In this document: in pieces, positions 23,183 to 33,616 of the stretch | Layout: the number at the start of each line of letters is the position of its first letter | Position numbering within the stretch: position 1 is the first letter of the stretch | Position numbers and translations under genes: made by a program | Notes under the pieces: generated by a model | Told to the model about the DNA's origin: nothing | Seen by the model: the letters and a program-made list of their open reading frames with translations, nothing else | The model's database searches: none | Source of the DNA: Vermamoeba vermiformis | Taxonomy: Eukaryota | Length of the DNA: 33,616 nucleotides | Assembly: GCA_045837725.1 (NCBI GenBank) | Contig: JBEWZL010000293.1 | Span: 1 to 33,616, forward strand | Direction of reading: 5' to 3'

Positions 23183-26100
23183 ATGGCACAACAAGGGTTT
23201 ATCGACATTAAGACTGGACAGTTATGTCCTTTAGTTTCTCTTCAAATCCGATCCGCCTTCATCGATCGTTTTGGTAATATTCTTGATAATATACAGCTGT
23301 ATAAATAACTTAGTAATTTTTTTTCCTTAGGTTCTATTGAGGTTGTCCAAGAATACGAAAACACAGGCAAAAATCCGATAGAAGCAGTATTCACGTTTCC
23401 AAAAGACGATCAAGCAGCAGTAACAGGATTCAAAGTGAAAATAAATGACAAAACGCTGATTGGTCAAATTGAAGCCAGCGATGAAGCACAAGAGAAATAC
23501 AGTGATGCAATTGCTGAAGGCAAAGGTGCATATTTGCTCTCTCAAAAGCGATCAGATATCGTCACTCTTTATATTGGTAAGTTTTATCGTGGTAAATTAC
23601 GCAAATCTTGTCATCTTTTGGATGCTGTGCTACATCTGGTCCCGAAAATATTTTCTAAATCTTACACGAACTTTAAAATAAATTAACTTAGCTTAAATTG
23701 GGTATAACAATTTATTCATGATTTTTCTCGACATTTATTCGATTTTTTGGTCTCGTCTAAGAAAAATCGGATTCGGATCTGACTTAACTTTTATTTAGGC
23801 AGCCTGTTACCACAACAAAAGGTTCAAGTCGAAATAACATGCGTTACAGAAGCTCAATGGGAAGGCAAAGCACTTAGAATAACATTCCCAACGACCATTG
23901 CACCTCGTTACACGCCTCAACAATTTCAGCAAGACGAAGATCACCAGATCAACCCTGTTTATCATTCAAACGATAACCAATTGCCATACGACTTCATATT
24001 CGAATCGTCAGTGCAATTAACGCATGATACAATTTCATCATTTGAATCTCCAACGCATAAATTTTCGGAGATCGACATCTCAGCGGATCGAACCGAAGTC
24101 AGCGCGAAAGTGAAGGCAAAGAAAGGAGATATTGTGGCTGATAGAGATATCGTTCTAATAGTTCATGCCAATAAGAGATCGTTGCAAAAAATGCCGATTA
24201 TTATTGATGAAGTAGATGAAGCCGGACACCACGCACTTTATCTCTCGTTCATTCCAAAAATAATTTGCACCAAAATTTCGAAGAAAAAAATGCACGAAAT
24301 TATATTTGTTATCGACAGGTAAGAAATTCAACGGTAATTATCATTTCAAAATTTTAAGATCCATATTTAAATTTTTATAGGAGCGGAAGTATGGACGGTC
24401 AGCAAATGAATTGTGCGAAAGAAGCTTTGCAATTATTTCTTCGTTCATTGCCCGCATGTTTCTTCGACATTGTCAGCTTTGGATCGAACTTTCAACAAAT
24501 GTTTGGATCTCCTGCTCAATATTCTAACGAGTCTTTGGCGCAAGCTACTGAACAAGTGAAGAAATTTCAAGCTGATTTGGGTACGCTGCAAATATTCATT
24601 TTTATATTTACTAAACGTGAGAATAAGGTGGCACGGAGCTTTTGCGGCCTTTAAGCCAGATCTACCAACAATCACCAAAAGGTGGCAAAAGAATCATATT
24701 CGTGTTAACAGGTACGTTATATGTTAAATCACATATATTAGTATTAATTAATTCTTTGCTTTAGATGGTCAGATCTCGAACACGCGTCAAGTGGTGGATC
24801 TCGTCAAAAAGAATTCGGCGACAACTTCAGTATTCACGCTGGGAATAGGCGATTCTGTTAGTAGAGACCTAGTTAATGGCATGGCGCAGGCGGGTAATGG
24901 TTACGCTGAATATGCAACGGGCAACGAGCGACTTCAACCTAAGATCATTCGACAGGTAAAAATGTCATTTATGACACTTTGACACTTTGACACGTGTCAA
25001 ATTGAAGTTTATTAAGTCACGCTATACAACCTTAGTACTACATTTAAATCGATGATAGTGTATTTTGAATACTATACTTAGCTATTTTATGAAATGACAG
25101 TTGAGGCGTGCCCTTGAAAACTTCTCCGTTGAGACTGATTGGCATTCACGAACGGTAGAACAGTTCCCAGAACATATTTCTCCGATCTCCGATGAAGATC
25201 CGTTGCACGTGATGGCATTTGTTGACGATAGGTACCTTCGAAGGTATAAATTTTATCCTTCTAAACGAGTTCCAGGAATTAATTCTTTTTTATTTTAGCA
25301 ACAAGAAGATTACGATCAAAATCAGTTGCGATGACAAAAATGAATATTCGATCCCGTTTGATCTCGCTCAAATGAAGACAGTCCGCGGCAACAAAATTCA
25401 CCAATTATTTGCTAAGAAAAAGGCTGATGCAATGAGTTCTGACGTTGCAGCCAACAATAAGAATCAAATTCGCAATCTGCAAATATTGTGCAAAAAATAC
25501 ACCGTGCTGTCAAAAATCACAAGTTTCATTCTAGTCGAACAACGAAAAATTGCTACAACGACAACACCAGAGCTCGTAAATATTCCGCTTGCCAGACCTA
25601 AGCCTGCGCCGTTGACAGCTCAAACAATAGTGACCAATGGCACGGTGTCACTTGGCGGAAAATTCTCGATGAATTACAAAGCGACAATTGGTGCAGATTT
25701 TGCCACGTGCAGAATAGTATTGGCTGATAGAGAAGTGAGAGTGCAATTATGGGATCCATGTAAGTATCATTCGTTCATGAACCAAATTTTCACTGAACTG
25801 ACTTCGAAATTTTTTCACAGCCGGATCTGAACGATTTGGTGGACCGTCGAGAATATTTTATAGTGGAACGTCTGCAGCTGTTATTATGTACGATGTGCAT
25901 TCTCGAACTTCATTTGACAACATGAAAGAATGGACGGAGAAATTGACCGTGCAAGCTGGATCCGACATTCCGATGGCTTTAGTGGGCAATAAGATTGATA
26001 CAGATGGTCAAAAAGTTTCAGCGGGAGAAGGCCAAAAATTAGCAGATTCATTGGGCATTGCTTTCTTCGAAATTTCCGTGAAAGATACCACGAACATGGG

Positions 26101-26842
26101 TGACTTGGTGAAACTGCTCTTCGCTACTATGATATTGAACGATCCGAATAATACTGTGCTTAAAGGTAGGCCGACACCTATAATAATAGTTAATAGATCT
26201 AACGGGGTTTTAGTTATTATCCTTGGAGATTCGGGCGTCGGAAAGACCAGTTTCAACACGAGACTTGCCGGATCCACCATCGACTTGAGCGACATTGATA
26301 CGCGAAACTTAATAGGCTCGCAAAGTACCTCTCAAAATGCCTCTCAAGCCCAGGCTACTAATGACTCGTTACTTGGAAAAGTATGGCAAGGCTTCAAAAG
26401 CGTGGTTGGTTATTTCAGCGGATCCAGATCTACAAATGACGCGTCAACTGCGACTACAAATACGAATAATACAAGCAATAATGTTAACACTATGCCCGTG
26501 CAAAAGTCACAAAATGTCATGGTGCAGTTGCCCCCGAAGCAAAAGAAGGTCGATTTGAATGCCATTATTTTGGCGCAAAACGCTGAAGGCGCTTGGAACA
26601 TCACCGCAGCCGAATCAGTTCAGCTTTTTGGATCGGATCTGACAGCTCAAGCACCGCAAGGCGTCAAACAAGATATTTGGATGACGATAGTTTGTATCGC
26701 TTATTTGGCGGTCAAATGTAGCCAGCACAAGTCAGAATGGGAATTGATCGTTCAAAAGGCTGAAAATTGGTTGAAAACTGTTGGTGCAAACAAACCTGAA
26801 TGGAATCAACGCGCAAGACAGTTGATACAACAAAGTGTTTGA
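23183..26842 (+). CDS. VIT-VWA (VWA5A-like) protein with an embedded circularly permuted Rab7-like GTPase, copy 2, apparently intact
   Basis: MAQQGFIDIKTGQLCPL start, VIT domain, MIDAS DR|SGS, GGTEL and FVLTDG. Then [44 protein letters not shown] and the C-terminal EWELIVQKAENWL domain. Confidence 0.88.
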
Positions 26843-26928
26843 AAGTAAACGTGCAGTACGTTGATTTTCCCAAATAAGGCAATTTTATCGACCACTTCGC
26901 CACGTGACAATTTTCTCGGTCGTTGATC

Positions 26929-27011
26929 GCATCGGTGCCCGAGTTGGTCTAAGGGGTTGGATTAAGGCTCCAATATCTTCGGATGCAAGGGTTCGAATCC
27001 CTTCCGATGCA
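26929..27011 (+). tRNA. trnL-AAG: tRNA-Leu, anticodon AAG, identical second copy
   Basis: Same sequence as 365-447, followed by a T-run. Confidence 0.96.
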
Positions 27012-27506
27012 ATACCTTTTTTGCGTTCTAGATCTCTCGAGGGTACGTGGCCTATTAATATTGTTGCGTAATTCCAGCGGATCAAACCAAGAAAACTGAG
27101 TAAATAATATTTTAATATTTACATTGTTGGGTGAAGCAAAACGCGAAAAACGTTCGTGTTCGCCTTCGTTTTTTTTAGAATCGCTACAAAATTATTGGCT
27201 AACTATTTTTAAAATGGACCAATGAGATTTTACCGGCACCCTATAAATATACCTGCCATTAGCGACCGCTAAAAGATTCAATAACACTGGTACTTAGTCG
27301 AGTTCAACGAGTTTGAGACGTTTTGGCGTATTCCATGGTTCCTTTCCATTTTTGGAGTTAGCCCTGTTACGCTATTGGTCCGCATTATTTTAAGAGCGGC
27401 CAAATAAATCACTAGGCACCTTCCTTAGAAGAACCTACCGATACCGACTTCGGCCAAGAAAAAATCGTTTTTTGGATCTTGTTTGTTGATAAGCACAATC
27501 TTCAAC

Positions 27507-28681
27507 ATGAGATCACTCATTATTATCGCTGCTGTTCTCTGCGTCGTTGGCACTGCCTTCTGCCAAACACCGCCAAAGCTTCCTCAACAGTTCTACACCA
27601 ACTTCACGCGTAAGTATAAAAATATACTAATAAAATTGTTTAAAATTAATAATAGCTAAATTATCCTTAATTTTACACACGATAATTTGCGTTGTTAAAC
27701 GATCGGATGATTAAGATCGAGAGTATTTATTTTTACGAATTTTGTACCAGTTCGTTTTCCTAGCTATTCTTCACCGACTGATTCTCCCGTCTATATCGCG
27801 GGCTTCTTTGCTTTGGATTATGTTAACGGTGGCGCTTTCTTGGAAGTCGGTGGCGAGGATTGTAAGTGCGGATCTGAAGCTGATCGCGCTGCAGACTAAC
27901 GTTCTCGCCTATTTAGATATTCCTTTGTCTTTCCACACCAATCTCGTTGCTTCTCCGGATGCCAGCCAAGGCACTACTACTGGTATGAGCCTTAATTTAA
28001 CTTACGAAACTTAATTAATCCTTGCTCGATTCAAGGTTACATGTACGAAGGTCCTTTGTGCTGGAACTTTGGTAAGTCATATTAAATCATATTATATGAT
28101 CTATTTGTTATACATTGAAATTCTGCCAATGTTCGTAATTTTGCGATTCATGAACTAATGCGAACACGTACCTTTTAGGCTCTGTCCCTGTCTCCATCTC
28201 GAGTTTCTTCCCCTTTGAATTGCCCTCCAATGCTTCATTCGTAGGCAACAAGGTCGTCGGGGGTCAGCCTTGCTCTGGCTGGGAATTGGAAGGTAAGAAA
28301 ACGACGCGGATCTGCCCGTGTGACACGAGTTTTGAAATCGTCAAAAAAAAGCATCCAATCATCTTATTAATTCTTGTAAAAGCTGCTGCTATCTTCGGCT
28401 ACGTTACCCCCATCACCGTTTGGATCTCTACTAAGACCTCTAATATTGTTCAAATTGACATTAAGGGTATCGATTACGTGGGCGAACTCCAAATCAATTT
28501 CTCCAACACCGTTTCTGGTCCCTTCTCTCCTTCCATCTATGTAAGATAATATTCGCCTACATTATGATATTGCATTGCTAACGCTGCCATAATTTAGGCT
28601 CCTCCCAACAAGGTGAATCCACAGTTGACCTGCACCAACGCTTTTGTCAGCGACTTTTTGTCTCTTCTTTTGCGCAAATAA
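27507..28681 (+). CDS. Ependymin-related (EPDR-like) secreted protein, copy 3, 7 exons
   Basis: MRSLIIIAAVLCVVGTAFCQTPPKLPQQFYTNFT...LTCTNAFVSDFLSLLLRK-stop; conserved splice sites. Confidence 0.75.
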
Positions 28682-28771
28682 GCTCTTAATATAGTTACGT
28701 GTACAATTAGACCATAAATATACCGACACTAACTCTTGATTTCGGTGACGTTTGATGAGCGATACGATATA

Positions 28772-28927
28772 TTTTTTTACTTTTTTGGCAGGTGTTTTGA
28801 ACACTGGTTACATGATCCAAGGAATTATAAACGGCTAAGTATATCCTTTAGCATTATATCTCAATAGTAGCTTTCTCGAAGTTGCGGATCGCCTGCATCC
28901 GTGAGAGTGCAGAACGTTAAAGCCTGT
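28772..28927 (-). pseudogene. Decayed fragment of the SLC45/SUT transporter gene
   Basis: TTTTTTGGCAGGTGTTTTGAAC..TCCAAGGAAT..GAAGTTGCGGATC..CTGCATCCG..GTTAAAGCCTGT aligns to ~30930-31195 with internal deletions. Confidence 0.75.
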
Positions 28928-29250
28928 GGATTCGATGTCGATTCCTTTTAAAATTAATTTGAAGAAGATTCAAGAGAGGAAAGTGACCTTGCGTTAATTG
29001 TGTTGACGAAAAAATATGAAGGGAGCACAATTTGAGCAGCAGCCACGGTACAACATTATTTATAGTCTTGGCTCCTTTCGATTGTTTTCCTATAATAATT
29101 ATCCTAGTAATTATTTAGAAGTACTTCGCTTAGGTTAACGTTAATTAATACGAAGGGAAAGTTCCTGCGAAGAGTAGGCAACAACCACAAAAATCTGATT
29201 TTATTCTTGATTTTATTTGTTTGTTAATACGCTGAACCACAAGCTTAAAC

Positions 29251-30408
29251 ATGAGATCGATTATCGTTATCGCTGCTATTCTCTGCGTCGTTGGCACTGC
29301 CTTCTGCCAAACCCCGCCAACGCTTCCTCAACAGTTCTACACCAACTACACGCGTAAGCTAAGCAATAATAATCATAACAAATTGTGTTCAATATGGCCA
29401 CGCGCAATACGCTTTCTAAACGATTAGAGATTATTTCCAGACCGAGTATTAATTTTACGAATTTTGTACCAGTTGTTTTGCCTACCTACGTTTCACCGAC
29501 TGCTTCTCCCGTCTATATCTCGGGCTTCTTTGCTTTGGATTACATCAATGCTGGCTCGTTCTTGGAAGTTGGTGGTGAAGAGTGTAAGTTGCAGATCTAA
29601 ATCTGATCGAGTTGCCGACCAACGTTCTTGCCACTTTAGATGTTCCTTTGTCGTTCCACACCACTTTCGTTGCTTCTCCTGATGCTAGCCAAGGCACCAT
29701 CACTGGTACGAGCTATATCTACCTAATGAAACTTTAATTAATCCTTGCTCGGCTTAAGGCTACATGTACGAAGGTCCTTTGTGCTGGAACTGGGGTAGGT
29801 TATATTAAACCATCGTATACGATTAATTTGTGATATATTGGAAATTCCGGCGAACCAGCCCGATGCCATTAATTTAGCGGTTTTTGCGGTTCATGAACTA
29901 ATGCGAACACGTACCTTTTAGGCTCTGTTCCTGCCTCCCTTTTGACATTTTTCCCCTTCCAATTGCCTGTTAATTCTTCATTCGTCGGCAGCAAGGTCGT
30001 CGCAGGTCAACCTTGCACTGGATGGGCGTTCGAAGGTAAGAAAGTGACGCAGATCTGACAGTCCGACGCGAATGTTGAAATGTAGAAAAGCCCTAATAAT
30101 TCTTGTAAATAGCTGCTGTCTTCGGATACACTGCCCCTGTCACTATTTGGGTCTCTACTAAGACCACCAATATCGTCCAAATTGACGTCAAGGCTGTTGA
30201 GTACTTGGGCGATCTCCAACTCAACTTCTTCAACACCGTTTCTGGTCCCTTCTCTCCTTCCATCTACGTAAGAAAATATTCGCCTACATTTTTATATTGA
30301 AATACTTACAATGCTGTTATTTAGGCTCCTCCCAACAAGGTGAATCCACAGTTGACCTGCACCACCAACTTCTTCGGCGGCTTTTTGTCCCTTCTTTTGC
30401 GCAAATAA
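29251..30408 (+). CDS. Ependymin-related (EPDR-like) secreted protein, copy 4, 7 exons
   Basis: MRSIIVIAAILCVVGTAFCQTPPTLPQQFYTNYT...FLSLLLRK-stop; conserved splice sites. Confidence 0.75.
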
Positions 30409-30609
30409 GCTCTGAATATAGTTGCATTTACTGTTAGACCCATAAATATACTTTGCTCTTAATCGATAGTTGCGCAGTTTGACTCGATCTGATCGTTAAG
30501 ACGAGACTTGATATATCGCTATATGTTCGCTAAATAATTATATCTACATTATTTCATATATAATTGCTCTCGGCATATTATTTAGTATTATTACAATTAT
30601 AAGTTTGCG

Positions 30610-32922
30610 TTAGTTGATGTAATCGCCGTCCAAAAATCTTGCCGCCTCTTCATCTGGATCCACGAGCTCACTCGGATCGTCATCAACGCTAATAGGCTTA
30701 TCATAATCATTGCGAATAAGCACTAATATTAATACAGCACCAATAGCGGTAATTATTCCGCCGAACAAAAACACCCATTCAAAACTATTGAACAGTTTTA
30801 AGATGAGCGATGACGTGCCTGAATTAATTAACTGTGCAAAGTACATCGCTAGTGTGCTCGTTGCCAAATATAGTCCTAATTACTATATTTAGTAATTCTT
30901 CGTCGAATTTCAGTTTGATCGTAAAAAATACTTTACCTTTTTTGGCAGGTGTGTTCTGAACGCAAACTGCTGATATGGTCCAAGGAATAATAAATAGCTA
31001 AATATATACATATTAGCGTTATAAATCAATATTAGCTCTCCTGAAGTTACGGATCGGCATCTGCATCCGCGACTAAATTTTTGATTTACGATGAATACTT
31101 ACTGAAATAATATTGATGCTCATTAGTGCGTTAATGATCAAAGCGATGGGGAATGAGTTCACAAAGAGCGTAGCAAAGAATGTTAAAGCCTGTAAAAGGA
31201 GACATCGAGATCAGATCCACAGCCAAAACTTTGCAGCAATAGATCGATAGACTTACGAATGATAGCTGGGCGAAGAAATAGACCGGTTTAACTCCGATCT
31301 TATTGAGCATAATAATCAATAATGGTGCGTAAAAGAACGAAACGAGACTTCCAACAGCGGATCCGGTTGCAGCCAACATAACTCCATTCTAAATATAAAA
31401 CCAGCATTAGATAACGATAACACAATACTATTTAGTATCGATTATGCTTACGTTATATTTGTCATGCGCTTCAGATCCGTTAGGCGCGGATGGATCTCCT
31501 CCAGCAATATAAATGCCGTACCAAGTCGATGAATAGAAAGTCCAAGTCGAATATCCGAAATATCCGAATAATTTTACGATAAAATTCCTTTTCATGCGTC
31601 GCGGTAAGTTAGGTAACGCGAATACGACTTCCTAATAAGGAAATAATTTGTAAGAGAATTTTTCTACATTGAAACTAACGATAGAATAATAATTTCTAAT
31701 GAATAGTACTATAGTATGACCGTACTATAGCTTTATAGTGGTATTAATTCTTTACCTTAATGCTGCCCCAAAATGAAATTTTCTTCGAAACGATGTTGTT
31801 CGTGGGCGGCTCTTTGACGAATATAATACACAATAACGAGCAAATAATAAGCAGAAACGATCCTAATGTCACCATTGCACGAAGTTCGTTGCCCATAAAA
31901 GGCAATACCATCATAATACTGAACGATACGTGCGGTATTTTGCCGGCAAGAAGTCCTGATAAAACTCCTCCGAGACTAGCAAAGCCTAATGATATATGTT
32001 AGATATTATATGTAAATATGATATTAGTACTTACTTGCGATAAATCCATTGCCTGATTTTTGTTGTTGCGACGAAGCTCGATCCGCTAACAAAGCAATAA
32101 TTGCAGGCTGAAAGACGCTCAAAGCGAAATCGAGGATCCAAAAGCTCGTTATAGCTAATGTTAAGGCAATAGCAGTCGAATCTTCAGTATCTAAATCAAA
32201 TTTTTAAGTTCGTGTAGAGGATTTGGATCTATTTTCAGCGCACCTCCCAGCAACGTTCCAAAATAATCGGAAAAGGCGAAACATTCGAAAAATATGACAG
32301 TAGATATCGTGCCTAGCACAATGAACGGTTTTCTTTTGCCCCATCTGTTACGCATGTGTCAGATTTTATTGCGGAAATTTAGCATAGAAATTTCCTTATT
32401 TGGATTTTACTTACCGACTACGCCAATTATCGCTTACAGTTCCAATCAATGGTTGTGTTAGTATTCCTGATACTGGCCTACATAATTGCGTTAATTCGAT
32501 GCCTACAATTTTACGAAGATAACAGAAAAAACGGATCTATTATTTCTCCGTTAATGCTTTGCTAAGCTAAGAAATTGATTATATTCAATAAATATGGAAT
32601 ATAACGAGGTCATGTTATTGCGTCGTGATATTGCCGAGAAATGAGAAAAAATTTTTTGCTCCATCTGTACTTACCCAGCGAGCCAGATCCAAGGCACGAT
32701 CCAATTTTCTAGGCCCAAATTAAGTAATGTAGGTGTTGTAAATATCGATTGAATAGCCCGAACAAAAGCCCAGGCAAAGATCGGCAATGTTATTAAGAAG
32801 AGTTCTTTTTTGCTGGCCACTTGTTCTTGGCCCGAAGAATATCGATCAAATTTTAAGAGATTATCTTCATATAAATCTGAATTAATATGTTCTGTATCAA
32901 ACGTGTAGCTTTTCTGGCTCAT
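30610..32922 (-). CDS. SLC45/SUT-family MFS sugar transporter, copy 3, multi-exon
   Basis: Near-identical protein to copy 2 (identical last-exon translation), with an intact start MSQKSYTF. Confidence 0.88.
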
Positions 32923-33616
32923 GACGATCGAGACGTCCTTTCGTCAACCTAGATCTTCGGTTAGAAATTCGTTGTAGTAGTCTCCTGATGCAGACTAATA
33001 ATAAATAGTTGTTCTAGCTCTGCAATTCTATTATTTGTGCCAGCCGCAGTGAATTTGATAATTTCAATTGACTTTTCATTCGCAATTGTTGCAGCGTACA
33101 AAGTAAATACGAACCATTTTAATTTTGTATCAATTTGAATTACCAGTTAACAATGCAAAATATGCAAACTTGCTCAGGACTTGTCCACCATCAAGGAAAG
33201 CAGCGACGGATTCACGCGGAACTTTTCCATCGTAGCATCCTTCAAACACTTCAAAAAAATATTTGTTAGTAAGTAAAATACAAATATGCAAACGTGCACT
33301 ACGTTATAGTATTATTGGTAAATAACGTGTTGGTGAACAAATCTCTTAGATGAAAAATTTAAACTTAATTTAATTGATTGTGTACCATTTGATTACTTAC
33401 CGTATAATATTTAAAGCCACCAAACGCTATATTTAATAGCATGCAATTTTTTAACGATTTTGTTGTGCGCAGTTCATCTCACCACCTTTTTAAACCGGCT
33501 TTAAGCCTTTAAACAAGCAATTTATCATCAAACGGTGCATTATATAATCGTTTATTTTATGCTGTGGTGTTGAGCGTTCGGCATTGTTTTCAAATTAAAT
33601 TAATTTTTTTGATTAG

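Larger units (their letters stand above)
29157..33616. repeat. Inverted segmental duplicate of ~17420-22604 (transporter plus EPDR gene)
   Basis: GAAAGTTCCTGCGAAGAGT at 29157 is the reverse complement of 22587-22604. Intergenic, intron and exon similarity continues to the window end; the MITE is absent here. Confidence 0.9.

Noticed and set aside
24972-25001. Short GACACTTT repeat and 16-bp palindrome TTTGACACGTGTCAAA in an intron
   Set aside because: Short, not conserved in the paralog, likely slippage.
27133-27177. Imperfect hairpin followed by a T-run
   Set aside because: Weak stem, and a bacterial-type terminator has no meaning in this eukaryotic context.
1-33616. CRISPR array, prophage or autonomous transposase
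   Set aside because: No regularly spaced repeats and no recognisable transposase, reverse-transcriptase or viral ORFs.

Overview
AT-rich eukaryotic genomic DNA (standard code; many short GT-AG introns, mostly ~45-250 nt), most likely a free-living protist, possibly an amoebozoan (inference from gene families). The window is a patchwork of local direct and inverted duplications. It holds three VIT-VWA (VWA5A-like) genes: one 3' fragment, one probably damaged copy and one intact copy. It also holds two identical tRNA-Leu(AAG) genes, four 7-exon ependymin-related secreted-protein genes, three SLC45/SUT-type MFS sugar-transporter genes plus a relic, three F-box-like genes, an intronless orphan ORF and a 724-bp MITE. 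Two proteins stand out. (1) Both full-length VIT-VWA genes embed a Rab7-like GTPase domain with motifs in the circularly permuted order G2-G3-G4-G5-G1, different from the permuted GTPases I know (YlqF/YawG G4-G5-G1-G2-G3; cpRAS G3-G4-G5-G1-G2). (2) A ~975-aa spliced gene fuses a dynamin-superfamily (NUGGC/SLIP-GC-like) GTPase to a caspase-like C14 peptidase with an intact His/Cys dyad. Gene models were spliced by eye and family calls come from recalled motifs; no searches were run.
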